Sequence record: SRR31156797_2934
Direction: 5' to 3' (one strand)
Length of the DNA: 35,369 nucleotides
Shown here piece after piece: positions 8,653-17,473 of the stretch. The stretch's first letter is position 1; every line of letters begins with the position of its first letter. The notes under the pieces are model-generated. The model searched no databases, had not been told where the DNA came from, and saw nothing but the letters and a program-made list of their open reading frames with translations. Both the position numbers and the translations under genes were made by a program.

Positions 8653-10719
8653 TTATAATTTCTGTAATGTATATTTAGCACCAATTTGCAACCATCTTCC
8701 AGGTTGAGGTACATTGCTTATATCGAAATATGTTTGATTCAGTAAGTTTGATGCTTCAGCGAATATGGACCAGTTTTCTTCTTCCCAGGCTATTTTCCAG
8801 TTGACCAGGGTAGTTGGTTTATAACTTTTTTCACCTTGATAACTATTGTTCTCATATGTTAAATACTTACCTGCCCGATCTTGCCATGATATTCCCCATG
8901 TGGAAACTAACTTTTTGATTATTCTGTGTGTTAATCTTAAAGAAATTTGGTGTCTCAGAAAATCAGCTACGTATTTTGATTCTATTTCATTATTTGAATT
9001 CTTTTGATCAAGCCAGGAATAATTTAAAGATATGTTTTGTATAAAATCATTCTTAAGTCTGCCTGTGAAATGGGCAGTAAGATCAAAATCTACCCCTAGC
9101 GTATTTAATTCAGTAAGGTTTTGTGTTTGCCATTGAACATCACCTGGGGCATTTAAAGGTTTTACCCATTCAATGATGTTTTTACCTTTTCTGTAAAAAA
9201 TTGCTGATTGAATACGTATAATTGAAGATACATATTTCAATCCCCCTTCAATAGTTTTGGATTCTTCCGGTTTAAGGTTGGGGTCTCCTATATTGGTTGG
9301 GCCATTATAATAAAGGTCTGTAAATGTCGGCAGTCTCAATGCTTCGTTATAAGAACTAAATATATTTAGCTTATCAATAAGCTGATAACTAATCTCAACA
9401 CCGGGGTAGGTTCGGGTTCTTTTTAATATATTATAATGAGAAGTCATGAGACCTGCAGCGAAATGTAATTTTGCTGTGTTGAATGAATAATTGGCCTGAA
9501 TGGAAGAATGAAATCGTTCATCCTGTTTTGTAAACCGGGCATTTTGACCGGGGACTTTCTTGCTTCCAGACATATCCTGTCCAAGTATATTACTATATAT
9601 ATGCGCATACCTAAGTGATGCATTGGTAGAAAAGACTCCAATTTTTGTTTTTATCATAAACGGGATATTGCCTCCTGCCACATCAGTTAGATGGTGGTTG
9701 TGATTTGTATACCAATCGGGGGCAGTATCGCGAAATAGTTCAAATCTATCCTGGTGCCTTCTATAATAAATGTTAGCTCCGGTTTTTAGCTTATTTTGAG
9801 TCCACTTATATTTCAGTGAGGAATATATTGTGTTTGTTGCTTCAAATTGTTCCGGGAAAGCCGGAGTATAAAAGCTATTGGCACCAAATGCTTTTTGATT
9901 ATATCCTGAAAGAAAATCGAAAGCGTGTCCATTTTTTTCAAGATTCCCGTGATAAAAAATGGTTGATGAGTTGAAATCCGTATTGTTTATATCCTCATTG
10001 GGTAAATATCCATTGCTTTGTTTGTGACTACCACTAATAATTTGCTTCCATTTTTTACCTGTTTTTAATGTAGCATTTTGATGCAAATATCCGTATTGAC
10101 CGATACTGGCATTTAGTTTTAATGCTGTCTGAGCTTCAGGTTTGGTTATGATGTTTATTGCCCCGTTGAATGCGTTTACGCCAAAAATTCGGGAGGCTGG
10201 TCCTGATAAAATCTCAATTCTATCAATGCTCTGTAAATCGATGGGTAAGTTTAGGTTGTGGTGTCCTGTTTGGGGGTCGGTTATATTGACACCGTTGAGT
10301 AGGATGAGGGTTTGATCAAAAGTTCCACCTCGCAGTGAGATGTCTGCCTGAACTCCTTTTATACCACGCTGTTTAATGTCCAGGCCTGTGGCATATTCAA
10401 GCAATTCATTTAAATCGCTGACGGGCGCAGCCTCTATATCATTTTGATTCAATACCGTTACAATCCTTGCCATTTTGGAGAACAATAACGGTTCTTCTTC
10501 ACCATTAATAATTACTTCATCGAGCTGGTGCACAGGGTTTTGTTGCACAGAGTCTGTTTGTGCATATAGCGTACTTGTTTCAAAGGTTAGCGATCCGGCC
10601 ATTATCATAGTTGAAATAGCAATTTGCTTTCCTTGTGTACGAAAAACACCAAAACCCTTGTTGCTCCACTTTCTAAAAAAGTAAATGTCGTTGGTCTTTT
10701 TTAGTTTTTTGTTTTTCAT
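8653..10719 (-). CDS. TonB-dependent receptor (non-SusC, BtuB/metal-chelate-like size)
   Basis: TonB-box-like LDEVIING, plug ADISLRGGTFDQTLILLNGV and IDRIEILSGP, barrel motifs RLPTFTDLYY and NLKPEES, C-terminal PGRWLQIGAKYTL. Confidence 0.92.
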   Translation of the reverse strand: MKNKKLKKTNDIYFFRKWSNKGFGVFRTQGKQIAISTMIMAGSLTFETSTLYAQTDSVQQNPVHQLDEVIINGEEEPLLFSKMARIVTVLNQNDIEAAPVSDLNELLEYATGLDIKQRGIKGVQADISLRGGTFDQTLILLNGVNITDPQTGHHNLNLPIDLQSIDRIEILSGPASRIFGVNAFNGAINIITKPEAQTALKLNASIGQYGYLHQNATLKTGKKWKQIISGSHKQSNGYLPNEDINNTDFNSSTIFYHGNLEKNGHAFDFLSGYNQKAFGANSFYTPAFPEQFEATNTIYSSLKYKWTQNKLKTGANIYYRRHQDRFELFRDTAPDWYTNHNHHLTDVAGGNIPFMIKTKIGVFSTNASLRYAHIYSNILGQDMSGSKKVPGQNARFTKQDERFHSSIQANYSFNTAKLHFAAGLMTSHYNILKRTRTYPGVEISYQLIDKLNIFSSYNEALRLPTFTDLYYNGPTNIGDPNLKPEESKTIEGGLKYVSSIIRIQSAIFYRKGKNIIEWVKPLNAPGDVQWQTQNLTELNTLGVDFDLTAHFTGRLKNDFIQNISLNYSWLDQKNSNNEIESKYVADFLRHQISLRLTHRIIKKLVSTWGISWQDRAGKYLTYENNSYQGEKSYKPTTLVNWKIAWEEENWSIFAEASNLLNQTYFDISNVPQPGRWLQIGAKYTLQKL

Positions 10720-10741
10720 AAATCAATTTTAAAATTCCCGA

Positions 10742-10749
10742 CAAAAGTA
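10742..10749 (-). promoter_or_regulatory. Candidate -7 promoter element of the TonB receptor gene
   Basis: Minus strand TACTTTTG, 22 nt upstream of the ATG; no correctly spaced -33 element was found. Confidence 0.45.
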
Positions 10750-10990
10750 CAATTATCTTGAGTTGTTTGTTCTTAGCAAAAAACTTTTTGTAAGTCAGTG
10801 TTAGAATTGAAAGAATAAATTACTAAGTTTTACCTGTATACCTGGTATTCAGAACTAGTTGAGCCTGAATTAGGTTAAGCTATTCTTTAACGGTTTGTTG
10901 TATGTGAATTGGATTAAAAATAAAAAGAAAACACAGGTGAAAATACCCTATCTGTTCAAATTCAAATAACTAACTTTCATTTTTTTGTGG

Positions 10991-11022
10991 CTTGAATTGA
11001 AAAATTTGTATTTTTACATTTG
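10991..11022 (+). promoter_or_regulatory. Bacteroidota sigma-A promoter of the siaB-like gene
   Basis: CTTG (10991-10994), 20-nt spacer, TACATTTG (11015-11022), 21 nt before the ATG. Confidence 0.6.
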
Positions 11023-11043
11023 ACTAAATAATAAATACGAAAC

Positions 11044-11607
11044 ATGAGTACAAAATTCAACTTCATTAAAACTGTTTTATCCTTACACGATGAAATGGTC
11101 TCTAATGGTTTCTCTCTAGTTTATGAAGGGGAGTTCAGTCATAATATCATGAAGATGTTTACTTCAATGGCAGAGCAAAATATGGAAAAAGCGAACGAAG
11201 ATCGTACGATTCGTCGTCGTGTATTTCATGTGATGGTAGAATGTCTGCAAAATATGACAAAACACTCCGATGAATATGATGAGGAAGATCGGATAGGAAA
11301 TGGAATGTTCATTGTTGGTAAAAGCGAAGAGCATTGGAATATTATTACTGCTAATAAAATCATGAAAGACAGAATTGACGAGTTGAAGCAGTCTATTGAT
11401 GAAATTAACAGTCTTGATAAAGATGAATTAAAAGCACTTTACAAAAAACAAATCAAAGAAGGTACGCTTTCAAATAAAGGTGGTGCCGGATTAGGATTAA
11501 TCGACATTGCAAGAAAAACTGGCGAAAGGCTTGATTATCAATTCCTTCCGCTTGATGATAACGAAAGTTATTTCTTCTTGTTAAAAGTTAGAATCCGGAC
11601 TAAATAA
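11044..11607 (+). CDS. SiaB-family (DUF6272) GHKL-type protein kinase
   Basis: LVYEGEFS, N-box-like VMVECLQN, ELKALYKKQI and G-box KGGAGLGLIDIARKTG; 187 aa, typical of the family. Confidence 0.85.
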   Translation: MSTKFNFIKTVLSLHDEMVSNGFSLVYEGEFSHNIMKMFTSMAEQNMEKANEDRTIRRRVFHVMVECLQNMTKHSDEYDEEDRIGNGMFIVGKSEEHWNIITANKIMKDRIDELKQSIDEINSLDKDELKALYKKQIKEGTLSNKGGAGLGLIDIARKTGERLDYQFLPLDDNESYFFLLKVRIRTK

Positions 11608-11731
11608 ATTGATTTATTAAAACTCTGATTTAATTTGAGTTATTCTTTTTATGCTCATGTTTTGTTAGATTTTCATCTCTGAATATCAGGGTTTAATCAA
11701 TACTAAACGTAAAACTGTCAAATAATAATAG

Positions 11732-11770
11732 AGAGTAATCAGCTTATAGGGTTGGTTACTCTTTTCTTTT
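11732..11770 (+). terminator. Rho-independent terminator between siaB-like gene and cyclase
   Basis: 14-bp stem AGAGTAATCAGCTT / GGGTTGGTTACTCT including G-U pairs, 3-nt loop, then TTTCTTTT. Confidence 0.7.
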
Positions 11771-11798
11771 GTATTTTTATAGATTAAGCGCCAACTAA

Positions 11799-14700
11799 AT
11801 GCATAAGCTTTTACTAACCATATTGCTAATATTGCTTATATCCTTTGGATATGGCCAAATCTATAATTTCAAAAATTATTTTGTGGATGATGGTTTAGCA
11901 CAATCACAAATTACAGATATCGAATCTGATGAGGATGGTAATTTGTGGTTGGCTACAAATGGTGGTGGCGTTGATTGTTTTGATGGAAATGATTTTCTCA
12001 ATTATGGCTTAAATGAAGGGATGCCTCACCACCAGGTAAAAGATATTTATATTCAGGACGCTAAAGTATGGGTGGGTTTACAAAAAGGTGGAATTTGTAT
12101 TATTGAAAATGGAAAGGTTAAACATTTAGAGAATTTAGCTCTGGAAAAATCTACAATTAATTCCATTTATGGCCTTAATAATGATGTTTTTGTTGGGACT
12201 GAAAAGGGTGATTTGTTTAAAATTGATCAAAAGTTTTCCATTGAGTTAATTCATACGTTTGAAGAAGCCAGGATAATTGAAGTAAAGAGTTGGAACAATA
12301 TTTTAATTGTTGCTACACAAAATAAAGGGATTTGGAAAATTGAAGATGCTAAAGCAATCCAGCTAATTAAAATAAAAGGGATAAATTCATTTAATATTTT
12401 CGATAATAAGTTTTGGCTCGGGGTTGGAAATAAAATTTATTCTTCAGAAAATGGTAAAGATCTCATTGAGCTAAATATAAAATTAGATTTTCCAGTAGAA
12501 GATATTGCACCGGCAAGAAAAAAAGGATGTCTGTGGCTTGCACTCTATGGAGGTGGTATCGTTAATTATTGCAATGGTAAAGTTGTTTCATTATTAGAAG
12601 AAAATGGTTTGCCAAGTAATTATGCGTTATCCATTTATACAGACAAGTATGGGTTAGTTTGGACCGGAACAGATGGGGCAGGGTTGAGTAAATTTATGGG
12701 TTTTCAGTTCACTCATTACTCATTTAATGATGGGCATTCAGGTGAAGCTGTAATGTCTATTTTAAAAGACAAGAACACTCTTTGGTTTGTTACTTATGGT
12801 AATGGAGTTTTTCATGTGAATGATCAAATTAAAAGATTCAGCACAAAAAATTATTTACCTACTGACTCTTATTATTCTGCGCTTAAGAAAAGTAACGGAG
12901 ATTTATGGTTGGCTTCAAAAAATGATGGCATCATTATTTTTAATTACTTAACCGGAAAGGTAAAGCAATATAATAGCCAGAATTCAATTCTAGGTGACAA
13001 GCTGTTATATATTACTGAAGACCAGGAAGGTATTTTGTATGTCTCATCCCGTAATAAGGGTTTGTTTTTGCATGTAAATGGCAAATTTTTGCAAATCTCT
13101 CAAAAAAATGGTCTGCCTGAAAATCATATTAATTGTGTCTATATTGACTCTGAAAAGGATTTATGGATCGCTACTGCATCATCAGGTATTGTGTTGGTTA
13201 AGCGTAAAGATCTGTTAGATTTTATTCAAAATAAGGAACAGCGTTTAAATCATAAACTGTATTACTTTGACGATGTAACCATCCAACCACAGGTTCTTAC
13301 AATTACGGAGGATAAAAATAAACGAATTTGGTTTGGGCTTTTTGGTGAAGGGCTTGGTTTTATTGAGAATGGTGCAGTTCAGTTAGTTCCTGAAAATAAT
13401 GAGCTTATTTCTCAAAATATCTATTCCCTTACTTATGATAAAGTCAGTAATCGGTTATGGACAGGTACTGATAAAGGCTTGATGTCAATAAGTCTGACAG
13501 AAGACTCCAAAGTAAGTGAACTTCAGTCTTTTTCATCATCGGATGGTTTTACAGGAGTAGAATGCAATAGGAATTCCATTTATTTTGATTCAGAAAATAA
13601 TGATATATGGGTTGGAACAGTGAAAGGGGTTACAAAATTTGATCCTGATCTTTATAAACCATCAATTATCTCACCTATATTAAAAATTACCAGTGCCAGC
13701 TATTACAATAACCCAATAAATGTAACAGCTTATAAAGATGAAAGTAAAATAGAGTGGAGTGAAGCTTCTCATATCCCACATGATAGCAGCCATTTGGTCA
13801 TTAATTTTAAAGGAATTGATCAATGGCAACCTGGTAAAGTTCAATACACATGGAATTTGAGTGGATTAAATAATGTTTGGCACGAATTGATTTCAACTAA
13901 GTCAGTTGAATACAGCTATTTGCCTCCCGGAAGGTATGTTTTCAGATTGCGAGCCATGGGGGGAATGGGTAAATGGACAGATTATACTTTAAGCTTACCA
14001 TTTATTGTTCAAACACCTTTTTATCAAACAACAGCATTTTATCTGATTCTTTCATTTTTATTGGTTGCCTTATTGGTTGGTTATATTTATTATAGGCATT
14101 ATAATCTTCAGAAGCGTAATAAGAAACTGAGAGAAGCAGTAATGGAAAGAACGGAAGCCTTGAATAATGAGAAAATTATTGTTGAACAGCAAAAGGAGGA
14201 ATTAAGAGCACAAACAGATCATTTGGAGAGGGCAAATAAGGAACTAGAAAAGCTTTCATTGGTAGCCAGTAAAACTGATAATGCAGTGCTCATTGCCGAT
14301 AAAGATGGAAAATGGGAGTGGGCCAATTATGGCTTTGAAAAAATGTATGGTTATACCCTTCCGGATTTCATAGAAGAAAGAGGAGATACAATACTGAATT
14401 CCAGCAGCTCGAATAAAATATCACATATTCTAGATGAATCTATTCAATTGAAAAAATCAGTTACGTATACCGCAAAAGGATATAAAAAAGATAAAACTGA
14501 GATGTGGATACAATCAACCCTGACGCCTGTATTTGATAAACATGGTAAGTTGAAACGCTTTGTCGTAATTGATACGAATATTACACATATCAAAAAAATT
14601 AATAATGAATTACGGAAGCTTTCACTTGTGGCCAGTAAAACCGACAACTCGGTTATCATGATGGATAAAACAGGCAAAATTAATTGGGTGAATGATGCTT

Positions 14701-15698
14701 TCCATAGATATTACGATTTATCATTAGAGGAATTTAAGGTTTTGTATCAGAAGAAGATTTTTGATTTGCATAAAGAGTTAAAAGATGTTTTTAATCCGGA
14801 GGAGATTGCCAACTCAAGGAAGTCGAAATCATTTATATCTTCATTTGTAACAGGAAAAGGGGTTCATAAATGGATTCAAACAGTAGTTACACCAGTATCG
14901 GGTTTAGGAACTACTAACGATCAATTAATAGCAATTGAGACCGATATTACAAGGATTAAACAGGTTGAAGAAGAGGTTAAAGCACAAAGACAGAAGTCTG
15001 ATGAGTTACTGTTGAATATTTTGCCGGAAGAAACAGCCGAAGAATTAAAATCGCAGGGTCAAGCTCAACCGCGTTATTATAATTCAGCCACTGTACTTTT
15101 TACTGATTTTAAAAACTTTACAAAATATTGTGAAGAGCTTTCTCCTAAGCAGCTTGTTGATGAGTTGAGAGAGTATTTTAATACCTTCGACGATGTTGTT
15201 ACCAAATATTATGTAGAAAAAATCAAAACCATTGGTGATGCATTTATGTGTGCAGGAGGGATTCCTTTGAAAAATAGAAGTCATCCATTTGATGTGGTAC
15301 TTTCGGCATTGGAGATACAAAAGCTTGTGAAGGAGATTAATGACAAGAAAATAAATGAAGGTAGAAAGCCCTGGGAGATGCGGGTAGGGGTGCATACCGG
15401 TGACCTGGTTGCCGGAGTCGTAGGTAAAAAGAAATTTGCTTATGATATTTGGGGCGATACTGTAAATGTAGCCAGTAGGATGGAAGGTGCCTGCGAAGTT
15501 GGAAAAGTGAATATCTCAGGTGAAACCTATGAAAAAATTAAAGATTACTTTGAATGTACATATCGTGGTAAAGTTGATGCTAAATCAAACGGAAAGTTTG
15601 ACATGTACTTTGTAGATCGTATCCGAGAAGAATATTCAGCTGATCCGGAAGGTATAGAACCCAATGAAGATTTCAAAAATTACTTAGCCCGCTTGTAA
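11799..15698 (+). CDS. Membrane class III adenylate cyclase with periplasmic beta-propeller/Y_Y_Y sensor and two PAS domains
   Basis: Signal peptide; Reg_prop repeats (DGLAQSQITDIESDEDGNLWLAT, NGLPSNYALSIYTDKYGLVWTGT); Y_Y_Y (YSYLPPGRYVFRLRA); TM after PFYQT; coiled coil; two PAS/PAC; cyclase motifs LLLNILP, VLFTDF, KIKTIGDAFM, MRVGVHTG, YDIWGDTVNVASRME. The substrate-specifying Lys and Asp indicate ATP. Confidence 0.92.
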   Translation: MHKLLLTILLILLISFGYGQIYNFKNYFVDDGLAQSQITDIESDEDGNLWLATNGGGVDCFDGNDFLNYGLNEGMPHHQVKDIYIQDAKVWVGLQKGGICIIENGKVKHLENLALEKSTINSIYGLNNDVFVGTEKGDLFKIDQKFSIELIHTFEEARIIEVKSWNNILIVATQNKGIWKIEDAKAIQLIKIKGINSFNIFDNKFWLGVGNKIYSSENGKDLIELNIKLDFPVEDIAPARKKGCLWLALYGGGIVNYCNGKVVSLLEENGLPSNYALSIYTDKYGLVWTGTDGAGLSKFMGFQFTHYSFNDGHSGEAVMSILKDKNTLWFVTYGNGVFHVNDQIKRFSTKNYLPTDSYYSALKKSNGDLWLASKNDGIIIFNYLTGKVKQYNSQNSILGDKLLYITEDQEGILYVSSRNKGLFLHVNGKFLQISQKNGLPENHINCVYIDSEKDLWIATASSGIVLVKRKDLLDFIQNKEQRLNHKLYYFDDVTIQPQVLTITEDKNKRIWFGLFGEGLGFIENGAVQLVPENNELISQNIYSLTYDKVSNRLWTGTDKGLMSISLTEDSKVSELQSFSSSDGFTGVECNRNSIYFDSENNDIWVGTVKGVTKFDPDLYKPSIISPILKITSASYYNNPINVTAYKDESKIEWSEASHIPHDSSHLVINFKGIDQWQPGKVQYTWNLSGLNNVWHELISTKSVEYSYLPPGRYVFRLRAMGGMGKWTDYTLSLPFIVQTPFYQTTAFYLILSFLLVALLVGYIYYRHYNLQKRNKKLREAVMERTEALNNEKIIVEQQKEELRAQTDHLERANKELEKLSLVASKTDNAVLIADKDGKWEWANYGFEKMYGYTLPDFIEERGDTILNSSSSNKISHILDESIQLKKSVTYTAKGYKKDKTEMWIQSTLTPVFDKHGKLKRFVVIDTNITHIKKINNELRKLSLVASKTDNSVIMMDKTGKINWVNDAFHRYYDLSLEEFKVLYQKKIFDLHKELKDVFNPEEIANSRKSKSFISSFVTGKGVHKWIQTVVTPVSGLGTTNDQLIAIETDITRIKQVEEEVKAQRQKSDELLLNILPEETAEELKSQGQAQPRYYNSATVLFTDFKNFTKYCEELSPKQLVDELREYFNTFDDVVTKYYVEKIKTIGDAFMCAGGIPLKNRSHPFDVVLSALEIQKLVKEINDKKINEGRKPWEMRVGVHTGDLVAGVVGKKKFAYDIWGDTVNVASRMEGACEVGKVNISGETYEKIKDYFECTYRGKVDAKSNGKFDMYFVDRIREEYSADPEGIEPNEDFKNYLARL

Positions 15699-15811
15699 TT
15701 GAAATATACATTAACACTTCCAAAACAAGATTTAAAATAATTTTAAACTTAATTGAACTTATTGCCCTAACAAGTGAATTAGGTTCTTCCGGTTTATTAC
15801 AAAAACTATAT

Positions 15812-15843
15812 AAAAAATAAAACCGATCTGGGAGATCGGTTTT
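15812..15843. terminator. Terminator between convergent cyclase and DUF5723 genes (probably bidirectional)
   Basis: Stem AAAACCGATCT (15819-15829) / AGATCGGTTTT (15833-15843), with an A tract on the left and a T-rich flank on the right. Confidence 0.8.
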
Positions 15844-15890
15844 GTTGTGCTGATTGGTTAGAGAGAGCTATGAGAAAAATTGTCTACCCT
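15812..15890 (-). ncRNA. Candidate ~80-nt small RNA
   Basis: Minus strand -7-like TATATTGC (15904-15897), then AGGGTAGACAATTTTTCTCATAGCTCTCTCTAACCAATCAGCAC, ending at the terminator. Could instead be the 3' UTR of the DUF5723 gene. Confidence 0.3.
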
Positions 15891-16005
15891 AACACGGCAA
15901 TATAAATGCCAAATATCATTAAAGTCTGTTATCCAATGCCTTGTAAAATATAGGTGTTTCAAATAATCGTTCATATTCGAACACCAGCTGTTACGAGGCG
16001 TACAT

Positions 16006-17463
16006 CTATTCTATCAATGCGGCTTTATCTGTTTTATAGCCAAATATCCAGTTAAATCCAAGTCTGATGTTTACATCTTTCGCATTTTGTGGCCAGAATT
16101 CTTCCAATACATGATCGCTAATGATGAATGTTTGAAAGGGTCCAAATCTGCCGGCAAAACCTAATCCTATGTTATCCATATTGTTTTCCATAATGGTATA
16201 GGTAACTGCAGCAGATATGTGATGCGTATTTAAATTTGCTGATAAAGAAATAGCAGAAGTTAAATCGCCTTTATATACAATACCTCGATACAGTGCACCA
16301 AAGCCTATTGCATCCGTAAGGTTATATGATGCTCCTGCATATATTTTTGTAGGCAACCAGGTTTTGTAACCACTTATGGAATAACCTCTTGGTTTTAAGG
16401 CTGTAAGTAAGCTGTCTGCAAGAACTTCTCCGAAATTTATACTGTCATTATCATCTGCGCTGTTATAAATCTCTGCAATAGCAAGACCAGGAAAATTAAA
16501 CGGATCTTGAACAATAAATTCAGAAGCATTACTTTTCCATGAGATATATCCTAAATCGGTTACACTTGCATATACTTTTAATTGGGGCATAACCTGGTAC
16601 TCTGCACCAAAATCAAATGCAAATCCCGGATTAGAGAAATCATAACCTGAATAATCAAGGTATTGATCTGTTTCAATAAAACTTGTATCGAGAACCATCG
16701 AATCTCCTTCTGTATCATAATAAATATCGTTTATAATAACCGCAGGTTGATTGGTTCTGTATCTTAAATTTGGATTTAGTACAATTGAATCCCCATAGCT
16801 ATTTAAATATAAATCACTTTCAACTGTTTCAACATTTACTGTTCCTGCAAGCATCTTGAATCTGGCACCAACTTTTAATTCAGGTGTAACCTCAACAGAA
16901 GCGCCAATTCCATATTCCATATAGTTCATAAAATCAACCCCTAATCCTGATAAATCAGCACTTTGAACATCTGGATGGGCATTACCTTTTACAAGTAACT
17001 CAACTAATCCTCCAGGGATTGACATGCTCAGGGAGGTTTTATTGGCTGCATGGATATTCCAATAGATATTTTTTGTTTTAAACCCTATATTAAAAAGATT
17101 CTGGTTGAGGCCAATATCAAAAGTATTTACCTTTTCAAGTTTATCAACTAATTTTAGGGCGTCTGCCTGGCTATTAAAGGCTAAAACCAAAGAGTCTGAG
17201 TAAGCTCCGGAGCCCTTATAAATAATATCACTATATACAAGGTTATTACTATGGAAACTAAAATCAAATGACGGAAATAAAGGAGTTATACTAAATAATC
17301 CACCAAAGTGACCATTGTAATTAGTTTGAAATGCCGGATTTAATCTACTACTCTGAGGCAGTGTACGCATATTATACATTGTAACCGGTTCCTGGGCAAA
17401 TAGTGAATTACATGTCAGGGTTGCTATCAATAATATAATTGGTAATATGATTCTTTTATTCAT
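16006..17463 (-). CDS. DUF5723-like outer-membrane beta-barrel protein
   Basis: Likely start MNKRIILP (ATG 17463; the ORF track extends to 17490); signal peptide, LNPAF motif, GFAFDFGAEY, ASVTDLGYISW, LPTKIYAGASY, alternating beta-strand pattern, C-terminal IRLGFNWIFG. Confidence 0.75.
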   Translation of the reverse strand: MNKRIILPIILLIATLTCNSLFAQEPVTMYNMRTLPQSSRLNPAFQTNYNGHFGGLFSITPLFPSFDFSFHSNNLVYSDIIYKGSGAYSDSLVLAFNSQADALKLVDKLEKVNTFDIGLNQNLFNIGFKTKNIYWNIHAANKTSLSMSIPGGLVELLVKGNAHPDVQSADLSGLGVDFMNYMEYGIGASVEVTPELKVGARFKMLAGTVNVETVESDLYLNSYGDSIVLNPNLRYRTNQPAVIINDIYYDTEGDSMVLDTSFIETDQYLDYSGYDFSNPGFAFDFGAEYQVMPQLKVYASVTDLGYISWKSNASEFIVQDPFNFPGLAIAEIYNSADDNDSINFGEVLADSLLTALKPRGYSISGYKTWLPTKIYAGASYNLTDAIGFGALYRGIVYKGDLTSAISLSANLNTHHISAAVTYTIMENNMDNIGLGFAGRFGPFQTFIISDHVLEEFWPQNAKDVNIRLGFNWIFGYKTDKAALIE

Positions 17464-17473
17464 GATCATCGTT

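Noticed and set aside
10720..11043. Cobalamin or TPP riboswitch upstream of the BtuB-sized receptor
   Set aside because: No B12-box or TPP core was recognised, and a -7 promoter element lies only 22 nt from the ATG, leaving no room; btuB was therefore not assigned.
11700..11750. tmRNA tag-like segment
   Set aside because: No tRNA-like ends and no tag frame ending in ALAA.
15870..15905. Mini-ORF MRKIVYPNTAI on the + strand
   Set aside because: Only 11 codons, downstream of a terminator with no promoter seen; better explained as the complement of the candidate sRNA core.
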